A stretch of 64,000 bases of DNA, from contig OZ024747.1 in assembly GCA_964016885.1 (NCBI GenBank), forward strand, positions 65,534,001 to 65,598,000. Reading direction: 5' to 3'. Under the pieces are notes generated by a model. That model had not been told where the DNA came from and did no database searches. It saw only the letters and a list, made by a program, of their open reading frames with translations. A program made the position numbers and the translations under genes. Each line of letters starts with the position of its first letter. Within the stretch, counting starts at the first letter, position 1. Shown piece after piece: positions 13,440 to 27,037 of this stretch. This stretch comes from Eledone cirrhosa (lineage: Eukaryota).

Positions 13440-13990
13440 CTTGTGTGTGTCTATGTGTATGTGTTTCTGTGTATGTGTGTGTTTCTGTGTGTGTGTGTCT
13501 ATGTGTATGTGTTTCTGTGTGTGTGTGTCTATGTGTATGTGTTTCTGTGTGTGTGTGTGTGTGTTTGTATGAGTATGTATGTATGTAAATTTATATGTAT
13601 ATACGTATGTACGTATGTGTGTACATATGTACGTATGTGTGTACATATGTACATATGTGTGTACATATGTACATATGTGTGTACGTATGTGCATATGAAT
13701 GTATGTATATATGTATATATGTATGTATATACATATGTATGTATGTATGTATATACATATGTATGTATATACGTATGTATGTATGTACGTATGTATGTAT
13801 GTATATATGTATGTATATACATATGTATGTATGTATATATGCATGTATGTATATACATATATGCATGTATGTATATACATATATGTATGTATGTATATAC
13901 ATATGTATGTATGTATGTATATATGTATGTATATACATATGTATGTATGTATGTATGTATATACATATGTATGTATGTATGTATGTATTC
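13440..13990. repeat. Compound (TG)n/(TATG)n microsatellite
   Basis: Direct inspection; explains the overlapping C/V/Y/M ORFs. Confidence 0.95.
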
Positions 13991-14689
13991 TATACATGAC
14001 ATCATTGATTGCTTTCCAAAGATAATACGATTCCTGGTGCCAACCACTGACAATTGTTATCTCACAACTGGAAAACAACAACAAGATGCCAAACACTAAC
14101 AACAAACAACGGCAACAAACAACAACAACAACATCGACCTCATCTTCCACAGAAACGCATCAATTTCTTAATTATTATATCATTTTTATTATTACTATGA
14201 CATAACCATTATCATTTCATTATAGTATTAGTAGTATTAGTAATGTTATTATTAATGAGATTATTATTATTATCCCTCTGTGTTTTCCCCTTTTTGGCAT
14301 TTGTTTTTTAATTATTTTCTATTTTTTTAATTTGTTTTTCTAGTAAAAATCTCAAAATTTTGCAAGAAAAAAAAAAGTGAATTTAATTAAACACAGCAAC
14401 TTCTCAGAAAGTCACATGTTATTATGACAAATTATTATTATTAATATTGTTGTTGTTGTTGTTATATTATTATATAATGGTGGTGGGTTTGCAGAGACCA
14501 TTAGGGTGTCAAGCAAACTGCATAGCAGCATTTATTACAGCTCTTTATGTTCAAACCTCACCAAGGTCAACTTAGTCTTTCATCATCCCAGCAGTCAATT
14601 TATTGAAGTACCACTTAAGTACTGGGTACATTATAATCCACTTTCCCTCCCTCAACAAATTACTGACATTGTTCCTTAATTAGAACACA

Positions 14690-15457
14690 TTATTATTATT
14701 ATTATTATTATTGTTTGAAACTTCCTTTGAATTCTGCTTCTTTCCCATATCTTGCCAAATGTCAACCTGACACCTGAGGCTAAAGTTGGTACAATCAGTT
14801 GTCATGCAAATGAGCCTATAAGAGCATAAACAACAGAAAATGTATTTGCAAAGTATTTAAATAGATACTGCTCTTCTCAAGACAGGGACAGTACCAGTCA
14901 GTACTAGTAATATTTTCTGTATCTCTTGCAGTGATGGCTTTCCAGATATCTGGTCCAAATATTTTTTCAGTTCCCTTTTTTATCATTCCAAATGCACCAA
15001 CTATCACTGGTATTGTACAGGCTTTAAGATGCCTTATTTTCTCAATTTCATTTGACAGATCTTTATACTTACTGAGATTTCAGAACCCTTTCGAGGAGAT
15101 GTTATGATCTGATGGAATGCTCATGTCAATTAAGGAACATGTTTTCTCTTTAAGGTCCTTCACAATTATATCAGGTCTGTTGGCCTTGATTGTTCTGTCA
15201 GTATTCACAGAGTAATCTCATAGGATTGTCACATTCTCACCTCCTGTTACTGCAGCTGGGTGATGGTTGTACCATTTTCCATCCATTTTCAGACCATAGA
15301 ACTTGCACAATTCCCAGTGTAAGTAATGTCCCACTGTATCATGCCTCATTTTATATTCCTGGGGAGCTATTACTTGGCAGCCTGAAACCAGGTGATCAAT
15401 GGTCTCAACATGTTCATTGCAGAATCAACATTTTGGGTCATTTCCATTTATCATTAT
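14690..15457 (-). mobile_element. R4/Dong-type non-LTR retrotransposon 3' fragment (CCHC knuckle + restriction-like endonuclease), degenerate, with (TAA)n tail
   Basis: PKC*FCNEHVETIDHLVSGC...RHD...WYNHHP...TDRTIKANRPDIIV...LIDMSIP...KYKDL..EIEK...IPVIVGAFG; stop at 14857-14859. Confidence 0.9.
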
Positions 15458-16329
15458 TACGTCCCTTTACGGACTGGGTTCAAATCCCTCCAAGGTTAAC
15501 TTTGCCTTTCATCCTTACGGGGTCGATAAAATAAAGTACCAGTAATGTACTGGGTAATTGCTGGCCTTGTGTCAAAAGTAGAAACAATTATTATTATAAA
15601 TATTTTTTTTTAACATTGTTAAAATTTGTTTACATGTAAAACCCACACACAAACACATACACATACATACACACACTATGTTTTCCTCCTGTACTGTCAT
15701 AATGTTTTTCTTGATGTAAACCCTTTGTGGTTAATAAAGAAATCATGATTATTATTATGGATTTGTAGTATCAGTATAGTGCAGGACAACATGCTTTACA
15801 GTATATAGTTACGGCCCTTTACGAGTTCAAATCCCTCAGAGGTGAGCTTTGCTTTTCATCCCTATGGGGTCAATAAAATAAAGCACCAGTAATACACGGG
15901 GGTGATTTAATTGACTTTCCCCTCCCTCAAAATTGCTGGCCTTGTGCCTATAGTAAAAACCACTATTATTATTATTTTCTTTAGATATCTATATTCACAT
16001 GCATCCCACCAGGTCTCAACAAAGAGACCTGGGGTTGAGGGATGGTGGTTTGGCATGACATTTTTTCCTCAGTACCATAGGATAACTGATGGTATTTTGT
16101 TGGGAGTTTGAGAAAGCAAGTAAAAATACATCCTTTACATACATATATACACACGACAGACAGACACATACACAGAATATTCATAGATTCAAAATGTCTA
16201 TATACAATATGTACAGATACTTATAGTTAATAAAACCAATTAGAGTATTTATAAGTTATACCATTCCTTTTACAAATATATGCATGTTTAAAGACAGAAT
16301 TGAATACAAAATATAATAGATAAACTGAA

Positions 16330-17015
16330 ACCTTTGGTCAATTGACATATCACATACAAGATACAATGTGGTTTGCTTTCCAAAAATTATATTAACAAAG
16401 CTCTTCACAAAATGTGAGCAGTACTAGCGAGTACGATTTTCTGAATTTCTTTTATACAAAATTTACTTGATACATGATCAAACAATTTGTCAGTTCCCTT
16501 GCTTATCAGGCCCAGTGTTCCAACTATAACCGGTATAGTGATGGCTTTCATAGCCCAATTTTTTAAAATCTCTATTTCAAGATCATTTTACTTAGAAATT
16601 TCACATTGCAATCAGCAGGTATATATACGAAGCATATTTTGTTGTTTTTATTTTTTATTATGATATCTGGTGTAATGGCTTTGATTGTCCTATCAATGTG
16701 TGTTGTGAAGTCCCACAGTATTATAACATTACCAATTTCTGTTAGTGGATCTGGATGGTATTAATACCAGTTTGTTTTTTTGTTTCATTTCCATAAAATT
16801 TGCATATTTTCCAGTCGAGGTACTACCCCAATCAGACAGTGCTAAGGTGATGCAAGAAAATATTAGGTGATCTAGTGTTGCAGTATTTCTGTTGCAGAAC
16901 TTTGGAATCATTTTCAATCATTTTTTTTTTTGCAATATGTTTGCCTGATCATTTTTTGTTGCAAGACATTGGTCTTGTTGCAGCCAGTGTAAAACCTGTT
17001 TCAGCTTTCAGTCAT
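16330..17015 (-). mobile_element. Second, more decayed R4/Dong-type RLE fragment
   Basis: Frameshifted LKAET.F.LAA.DQCLATKN...FCN...LDHLIFSC...ILWDF...DRTIKA..PDIII...IPVIVGTLG...IQKIVLASTAHIL. Confidence 0.8.
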
Positions 17016-17655
17016 TCACCATTGTTATCATCATTATCATCATCATTACTGTTTAACATCCATTTTTCCATGGTAGCATATATTCATGTTCAGAAAGCCA
17101 GTATTTCCTCACCAGATCTTAAGTTGTAATTTGTTAGCTCTATATATATTCTCCATACAGCCATGCTACTTAGGCTGTTTTCCACCTCAACAACATTAAT
17201 GATAATGTTAACTCTGACACAATGACCAGCATCCCATGTTTCATTAGATAGAATACACACATACATATAAATATATATATATATATAGACATACATAGAC
17301 ATATACATACATACACATGTGCATATATACATATATATGATATATATAAATACATATACATACACACATGTGTGTATATACATATATATATATATATAAA
17401 TACATATACATGCATATACGTACACACATGTGTGTATATACATATATATATATATATAAATAAATACATATACATATACGTACATATATATATATATACA
17501 CACATGTGCGTATATACATATATATATAAATACATATACATATACATACATATATATACACACACGTGCGTATACACATATATATATAAATATATATATA
17601 TATAGGTGTATACATGTATATACACATATGTGTATACATACATATACATACACAA

Positions 17656-17692
<37 letters not shown>

Positions 17693-19094
17693 AATTTTTC
17701 TTACATAATTTTAAACAGCAGCCCCTTTATTCTTTGCTGTAACTCATCAAAATGGTCCTATCTCTTTTGTTCAGAAACGTCATCTACATTTTTTTTCTCT
17801 AGAACAGGTTAACAGAAACTACAAGGTATGAGCATTAAATTATCCCCCCGTCAAATAACTCTTCTATCTATTTATTTTTATATATTTTCACTCCAAGCTA
17901 TTTCTCTCTGGGTTGTCCTAATATATTATATATTTTGATTGCCATTTTGGTGCCTGTTTTGGTGCTGTCTTTGGAACAATTGATTCCAACCTCCTGGAAT
18001 CCATATTCACTGACCATTAAACATTTTTCTTATGCTGTTTTTCCCCCTTATATTTTTATCCTGATAGATTGACTGGGATGTTCTTCTCTTTTTTTCACAT
18101 AGAAAAAATTATTTGCTTTTGTTTAGCTTTGGTTTGTTTTTGTTGTAGTTATTTTGTGGGGTTTCTTTTTTTTTTTTGCTTACCATTTATGTGTGTGTGT
18201 GATTACAACTAACGTGTCTAACCCTAAGTGTTTCCAAAAGTAGTACATCTGTAAGAGTTTATAAAGAACATGAATAGCATCAATCACTCTGGCCTCAAAG
18301 GGTCTATGAAAGACATGGGCACTCTTCTTTCCTCCAAACCTACCCAAGCAAAACAAAAATAATAAATGTTTGAACAGTAATCCTTGGATGTATCATAGCA
18401 ACTTTATGTCAGAGAAAAGACTCAGCCCCCAAGACCAGGACCAGTATAAGCACAGCAATGCTAAAAATAAATGTTGCAAGGAACGAGAAGTTAAATAGAG
18501 TTGAGAGGCTCCTCTTAGATTATGAGAAAACCAAGAGAGTGGAGTAGAGGATTTGACCACCTCTCTAATATTGGTGCCAAGATAAAATGCACCCAGCACA
18601 TTATGTAAAGGGGTTGCCATTAGGAAGAGAATTAGTCTTAGAAACCATATCAAAATATAGAATATATGAATGAGACATAGTTCTCTGTCCTTTGTAGCTG
18701 CCATCCATGATGACCTGTCGAACCCATGCCAAAATGGAAAATTAGTGTGAAATTAGGTTCATGATATATAAATATTATAATTGATTGAAAATTCAGTGAA
18801 TGTTGACATCAAATTAATTTCATCTTTTCTCATTATTATAGGTTACACATCTTTTCGTCTTTGTTCCATTCAAATATTGATTACTCTATGTCCTATTAAA
18901 ATATTGATCTGTTCAGTCTTCATCTATTAAAATATTGATTTGTGTCAAAGAATCGGTGAAACTATTTAGCAAGAAATATCAAATTCCTCAGTTTCTAGTT
19001 TCTATTCTTTAATTCCTTGTTACATATTTACTACTGGAATTAGGTTTTATTTTCCATAATAACTTCGAAACACTAATTGAATGATTGTTTAGAA

Positions 19095-19783
19095 CAAAGG
19101 TTTTCAACGAGGGGCATATGCATCCCCGGGGGGCGTTTCGGAACTCCATAGAGGCGTTTGGGAGCAAGGTCGCGTTAGGGGGGCCTTTGGAGAGGGGGAG
19201 GGGGGTTAGGGGGCGCTGGAAGGCTCTTTATTTTGGTAAGTTTTATAAGCCATATTTGTATGTCTTTGAGACAGCCAGTGTGAATGCATTTGAATGAGCT
19301 TGCAGACAGCATAACTATAGTCTGTCCGCAGGTGTACAGGCATTTCCGGTAATTGAGATCCTAAAAATGAAAAAAACCCACAGTCAACTGGGTCAAGGAC
19401 ACTTTGAGCGCAGCCAGTTAGAATCTTATTTTTCCTTCACCGATAACAATGTATTTCATGTCTGAAATTATTGACTCAACTGCAATGAGTTAACACTATG
19501 TAGATCTATTTTATTCCCCATTGTATAAATAATATTACAAATAAAATAAAAAGAAAAGAAAAAACAGAACCGAGTAGCACACACATCTAGGACCATGCAC
19601 ATACAACACATAATCAGATAATACACACATATTTGGAATATTGTTAATCAATTTTTTAGTAAACTACTGATATAAAAATCAGTAGTATATTGAAAAATGG
19701 GAAAATAGGGGGGGGGGGGGGGGGCTTTCATGATTTCGAGGGACAAAAGGGGGCGTTTGGCCTAAATGGGTTGAGAACCTGTG
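19095..19783. mobile_element. Non-autonomous hAT (Charlie/Buster-type) DNA transposon, 689 bp
   Basis: TIRs CAAAGGTTTTCAAC / CACAGGTTCTCAAC (reverse complement). Perfect 8-bp TSD GTTTAGAA at 19087-19094 and 19784-19791 with a central TA. Confidence 0.88.
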
Positions 19784-20077
19784 GTTTAGAATACTGGCTT
19801 GAAAACCTACATCTCTATATGTGTGTATGTCAGTGTTTGTATGTGTGTATGTTAGAGCATATGTGTATGTGCATGTGTGTGTGTGTTTGTGTATGTAGAG
19901 AGAGAGAGAAATAGATAAATCGATGTGTATTTGTAGCTACATATATAAATATACCAATACAAGTAATAGTATATATAAATATATACATATATATATGTAT
20001 ATATATATATATACATACATACATATATATACATACATATATGCATACATATATATATATACATACATATGTATACA

Positions 20078-20135
<58 letters not shown>

Positions 20136-20198
20136 CATACATATATATATATATATACCTATACATACATATACACATACATACACATATACACATAC

Positions 20199-20284
<86 letters not shown>

Positions 20285-20756
20285 AATATATATATATGTG
20301 GGTCCTATTGTACACACACACACAAACATACAGTTCCCCATCTGATCTGTGAGCTAATTAAGTAGGACTTAAACAAGGTCACAAAGGTTGTAACTTAAGT
20401 TATATAGAAGGTCAGCTTTTTATTTCCTGTACATTATAACTTTCTTTTCTGCCATTATTAGCAACTCTTTCATTGCCACATTTCTGAGATGAAACAGTCT
20501 GTTTCATTAGAGTAATAAAGAATTTTGAGATATTCAATAAATTTATTACTTATTTCATAATTCTGAAATAGCAATTTGTATAAGATTTGATTGGAAGTAT
20601 TTACATTATTCTATATTATATTTTCACAGTAAAGGCTTTACCTTACATAATTATCCCAATTTCATAACAAATCTATGAGATTTTGATATTTATTTATTTT
20701 GAGAACAATACCTTAACATCAGTATGAGCAGCTAGTTACAGCCGGTTTGAAAACAA

Positions 20757-21103
20757 AGAGGTGAGAGAATTCTGGTCAGATACAGCTGGTTTAAACAGAA
20801 AGAGGTGAGATAATTCTGGTCAGATACAGCTGGTTTAAACAGAAATAGGTGAGAGAATACTGGCCGGATACAGCCGGTTTAAACAGAAATAGGTGAGAGA
20901 ATACTGGCCGGATACAGCCGGTTTAAACAGAAAGAGGTGAGATAATTCTGGTCGGATACAGCCGGTTTAAACAGAAATAGGTGAGAGAATACTGGCCGGA
21001 TACAGCCGGTTTAAACAGAAAGAGGTGAGATAATTCTGGTCGGATACAGCCGGTTTAAACAGAAATAGGTGAGAGAATACTGGCCGGATACAGCCGGTTT
21101 AAA
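20757..21103. repeat. 44-bp tandem repeat x8 inside a TTAA MITE (family 2; element ~20590-21118)
   Basis: The unit GTGAGAGAATTCTGGCCGGATACAGCCGGTTTAAACAGAAAGAG matches the single subterminal segment of the MITE copies ending at 27779 and starting at 39230. Confidence 0.9.
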
Positions 21104-22869
21104 TGATAAAGGATTAATAGAACTAGAGCCAGTTTTGGGTAGGTTGGTATCAAAATGGTTAACATCTAGATCTACTCTCCTGCCACCACCTCCAGCAAAC
21201 TTCCAAATTTAGTCCCCAACCACCACTACTATTTTCACCACCAACAACAAAATCTATATCTACACTCCCACCACCACCAACATCTATATCTCTCCTCCCA
21301 CCACCTTCCTTATCTACACCCTAACCTCTGCCACAATCATCATCATCATCAACAACAACTGTAGCTAGAATCCCACCACAACTACCAGCAATTGACAAGA
21401 TCATAGACCTCATTTGCTTACTGAATGGGATGAAACACGTCAAATTGGACCAAGGAAACAATGTCTCCATTGGTCTTTCCATTGCTGATACTATCTACCA
21501 GTTGCAACTTCTGGCAGAAAGAGCAATATGAAAGAAAGGACATAATGCATCACTGAGTCCAGGAATTGAACTCATAACCTCACAATTGTGAATCTAACTA
21601 ACCACTAAGCTGAGCCACGTGTCTTCAGAACTCTGATAATTACCATAAACTATTTACTTTTGTCTGATATTAATATTGTCTGTTCAAGTACAAATTTGGA
21701 ACTGATATATTTTACTGTTTTATATCCAGTTCTCCTTACCATAGGTGTGAGGTAGATTTTGTAGAAGATGGTGGTGTTTTGCTGTTGTGGTTGTTGTTTT
21801 TTTCCATTTAGATACACTTGCTACCAATAACCAATCAGCCATGAATGGAGATAATTTGGGTGGGAGGAGTATGATGAACAGGAATAAGTGAAGTTAAATA
21901 CATCTTTATGTTTTTACTTTACATAGTCAGAGAAGGAAGGTTTAAACGCCTTCTCCATTCTGTCCGCCGGGGCTGTGGAGAGACCAGCACGTGGGACCCC
22001 ATTTGCTCACCATACAGAGAGATGGGGAGAGCGAGAGAAATGGCGGCGATGACAGCGGGAGTTCAGCTCTTCCATGTTCGGACTATATCCTTGTGATTGT
22101 GTTTATTATCTATATAGAAAATTATTTATTTCCCATCTTGTATATAACTCCCTTATTTTACCTTTCTGATACATTGATTATATTTTATAAAAAGGAAATA
22201 TTTGAAAAAACCCTTTAGTTACCAATCCAGCCAAAACCGGCCCTGGTTCTATGAAATAAAACCCACCCATTTTAAAGGTTTCCAATTTGAATTAAAATCT
22301 TTCAACATAATTTTATATAAGAACTTTACATTAAGTTACTATCTTAGTAATGAAATAATAATTTTAGTAAGTCTCTCAAAATTCTTCATTAATTAATTAA
22401 AATAGACTGTATCTCATTAAAAATGCAGTCATGAACGGTTTAACCCTTTAGTTACTAACCCGGCTAAAACTGGCTCTGGTTCTATGAAACAAAACCACCA
22501 ATTTTAAAGGTTTCCAATTTACATTAAAATCTTCCAACATAATTTTACTATCTTATTAATGAAATAATTAATAATTTTAGTAAATCTCTCAAAATTCTTC
22601 ATTAACAAGTTAAAATAGAGTTTATTTCATTAGAAATGTGGTTATGAAATGGTGAAATGTATTATATCAACAACAGTATTTAACACATATTTTCTTTCAT
22701 TTACCTCCCCCCCCCCCAGCTTTCACCCCAGTATTTCCTTTTATTGAACCCCTTTGATAAATTGTCAGTCATTTACTGATGTACATTCAATGGACTCCTC
22801 CTCCCCTTTGCCTCCTCTATTTTGCTGTGGTGGTGGTAGTGGTGGTGTGAACTATAACAACAATAACAG

Positions 22870-23350
22870 TAACTACAACATCAACAATAACAAACAAAAT
22901 CAAGGATAACATGCACAACATCAACGCCACTAACAAAATCAACACTACCACCAACCACAACACCACAAAAATCAACAACAACAACACCATAAACAGCACC
23001 GTAGACAACAACAACAGAAACAACACCACAAAAACCAACAACAACAACACCATAAACAGCACCGTAGACAACAACAACAGAAACAACACCACAAAAACCA
23101 ACAACAACAACACCATAAACAGCACCGTAGACAACAACAGCAGAAACAACACCACAAAAACCAACAACAGCACCGAAGACAACAACAACAGCAACAACAT
23201 AAACATCACCACAAAAACCAACAACCACAACACCATAAACACCAATGCCAACCAGAACAGTATCAACGACAACACCAACATCAATAACACCAACGACAAC
23301 AACACCAACGACAACAACAACAACAACAGCAACTCACCCATTACAACTAC
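22870..23350. repeat. (CAA/CAC)n-derived low-complexity tract with 60-bp internal repeats
   Basis: Direct inspection. Confidence 0.9.
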
Positions 23351-23647
23351 ATAACCTCACAAACAATGTAAAACAATGAGTTAAGAAATCCTAATCTTTT
23401 GTTTTTGTCTTTCCTGTCTTATCTCTTCATTCTTCTAGAAAATTGACTTATTTCATCTTTTAGAGAGAAAAAACACGCAAGAAACTAACGAACCAAACAT
23501 TGAAACAAAAAGGAATCTAAAAATACAGAGAAATAAAAATAAGAGATAATGATTCAGACTTTTATCTATAAAAAATATATCATAACTACTATTATTATTA
23601 TTACCATTATTTAAATCATTACTATCATCATCACTATCATTAGTAGT

Positions 23648-23694
<47 letters not shown>

Positions 23695-23860
23695 AAAGTA
23701 GTGGTAGTATTATCATTAGTATTATACTATATATATTATTATTATTAATATTAGCATTAACTTGCTTTTGGTAAAGTTTCCAACTGATACCCTTGTGCCC
23801 AAATCAGAAACCATCATTATTATTATTATTATATTTAGATTAGTAAAGGTGGTGGTGGCG

Positions 23861-23894
<34 letters not shown>

Positions 23895-24206
23895 AAGAAA
23901 CGGCATTAGTAATAATAATAGTACTGATACATTATTCCGTCATAAGAAATCAATCTGAAAGATATAACCTTTGATTTAACAATGTTAGACTCCTCTCTCT
24001 CTCTCTCTCCCACTATCTCTCCATTAGTCCCTCTGTCTCTCCCACTATCTCTCCATCAGCCTCTCTCTCTCTCTCTCTCTCTCTCCCACTATCTCTCCAT
24101 TAGTCCCTCTGTCTCTCCCACTATCTCTCCATCAGCCCCTCTATCTCTCTCTCTCTCTCACTATCTCTCCATTAGTCCCTCTGTCTCTCCCACTATCTCT
24201 CCATCA

Positions 24207-24241
<35 letters not shown>

Positions 24242-25319
24242 ACTATCTCTCCATCAGCCTCTATCTCTCCATCACCCCCTCTCTCTCTCCACCCCCACCT
24301 TTCTGTTACACTACCCAGTAAACAAATGCGAAATCTTGTAAAGTTAACACAAAAATATATGGATATCTTTTTGGCACAGCTCTTATCTGTTGAAGTCATT
24401 TCAATAGTGTTGACTACATACATTAACTAGGTAAATATATATATATAAATACATATATATATATATATATATACACACACACTAAGTCAATAACAAGCAG
24501 TATATAATTATATATTGTATATTTTATGAAAAAGTTTCTCAGCAAATTTATAAAGTTTATTTTAGAGAAGTTTTGATGGGTGGCACAGAGCTAAGTGTTT
24601 AGTTCAAATTTTCAGTTGTCTCCCTTGTCTGATTTTGTTTTTTTGTTTTTTGTTGGTTTATTTTTGTCCAGAAAATAAAGTTCCAGTCTAATGTGAATTA
24701 GAGGAAACATTAAAATGACAAACGAGAGAGAGAGAGAGATGCCTTGTGGTGTTTATATTTGTTCCAGCTCTTTATATTCTGAGTTCCTAGGTGGTAGACT
24801 TAATCTATCACCACACAGTTTAACAGCAAGAGCAGCCTCCACAATAAGTAACAGCTTGTGTGTGTGTGTGTGTATGTATGTATGTGTGTGTTTCTGTCTG
24901 TGTGTGAGTGTGTATATGTGTGTGTCTATGTGTGTGTGTGTGGTGAAGGTGCATGGCTCAGAGGTTAGAGTGTATGGCTCGTGGTTGTAAAGTTGCAAGT
25001 TCTATTCAAAGTGATACATTGTATCCTTAAGCCATATCCAGCCAGAATTCTCTCACCTCTTTCTGCTCAAACTGGCCATAACCGGCTGCTCATAGGGATC
25101 TTAAAGGTATTTTTCTCAAAAAAAGATAGCATAAAAATCTCATAGATTCAATAATACAATAGTAAATACAGAGTAAAGGGTTAAGCAAGTAAATATAGAG
25201 TAAAGGGTTATTTCAGGTTGCCCCAGTCCACACAGCTGGGAAACAATTTATATCCTAGGTAAAAATATAAATTGAAGTAAAAATATAAATCGAAAAATTT
25301 ATTTTCTCTCATTTTTGTT

Positions 25320-25990
25320 ATCGTTGCTGTTGTTGTTGCTGCTGTCCCTGTTGTTGTTATCGATGTTGCTGTTGTATTGTTGTTACTGTTGTTGTTATTG
25401 TTGCTGCTGAGATGTTATTGCTGTCATTGTTATTATTGTTGCTGCTGTCACTGTAGTTGTTATTGTTGCTGTTTTTGTTATTGTTATTGCCGTTATTGTT
25501 GCTGTTATTGTTATTGCTGGAGCTGTTATTGTTATTGCTGTTATTGTTGCTGTTTTTGTTATTGTTATTGCTGTCATTGTTGTTGTTATTGTTGCTGTTA
25601 TTGTTGCTGGAGCTGTTATTGTTATTGCTGTTATTGTTGCTGTTGTTGTTATTGCTGGAGCTGTTATTGTTATTGCTGTTATTGTTGCTGTTTTTGTTAT
25701 TGTTATTGCTGTCATTGTTGTTGTTATTGTTGCTGTTATTGTTGCTGTTGTTGTTATTGCTGGAGCTGTTATTGTTATTGTTGTTATTGTTGCTGTTATT
25801 GTTGCTGTTGTTGTTATTGCTGGAGCTGTTATTGTTATTGCTGTTATTATTAATGCTGCTGCTGCTGCTGGTGTTATTGCTGTCGTTGTTGTTATTATTG
25901 CTGCTGTTGTTATCATTGTTGTCGGTGTTGTGATATTGCTGTTGCTATTGCTATTATTCTTATTATTGCTGTTGTTGTTATTGTTGTTTC
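25320..25990. repeat. (GTT/ATT/GCT)n cryptic trinucleotide tract
   Basis: Direct inspection; gives the poly-L/C/T ORFs. Confidence 0.9.
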
Positions 25991-26394
25991 CATTTTCCCT
26001 CTAATTCAGCCATGATAAAGCAATCTATGCTAGTCAATATTTTGTCTTCAATATTTTTCTGGCATAAAGTAATTGTTATGTCCTCTATATTCTTAAGAAG
26101 GAAGTGTTTAAATTGAAGGAGATTTGGCTGTTATTTCAGGCATTTGGAGCAACCAATTATAAATACCCTCGTGGCTATTTCTCTACTTCAGTACTTTGTT
26201 TGCCAACAAGATATAACATAAAAATTGATTAAATTTTACGAATTATGTTATAGATTCCTAATCTAATTAATAACACACATATACATATATATATATATAT
26301 ATACATTCCTTGATAATTGTGTGTATGTGTGTATATATATACATATATATGTTGACATCATCATCATCACAGTTTAATGTGCATTTTTTCATGT

Positions 26395-26429
<35 letters not shown>

Positions 26430-26553
26430 ATATATATGTATATATATATATGTGTGTGTGTACATATATTGTACTTGGAATGAAATAATTCTTAATAGAT
26501 TTCCTGATAATTGCTATATATTGGCTAGCTTTATGATACATACACATGTATAC

Positions 26554-26589
<36 letters not shown>

Positions 26590-26861
26590 CATCCTCCTGC
26601 TGATATTCCCAGTAGTTTTTACTACACCAATTATCTGTCCTGGCCAATTTCTAACATATTAATCAGTTAATTTATCAAAACTGAAATCTTGTTATAAAAA
26701 TTTTTATTGAACCTATTATCACACATTTTATGTTGATTATGCTGGCATATATACACTAATTTAGTCAGTCTACACCCTCCCTCTGTATATACATATATAT
26801 ATATATACAAAGAGAGAGCTACAGAGAGACATACATGCACAAATATATATATATATAAACA

Positions 26862-26925
<64 letters not shown>

Positions 26926-26962
26926 CATATGTTTATGCATACACATATATACATACATACAC

Positions 26963-27037
<75 letters not shown>

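Noticed and set aside
12890-14150. ORFs rich in Y/I/C/V/M/H/T here and at 17k, 20k, 27k, 36k, 50k, 57k
   Set aside because: Translations of (TA)n, (CA)n and (TATG)n microsatellites.
17803-17825. Plus-strand micro-exon-like site (ttctctAG…AAG|GTATGA)
   Set aside because: Only 23 nt with no partner exons; expected by chance.
22817-25933. Poly-L/V 'membrane', poly-C 'metallothionein-like' and poly-N/T ORFs
   Set aside because: Trinucleotide low-complexity tracts that are open in several frames on both strands.
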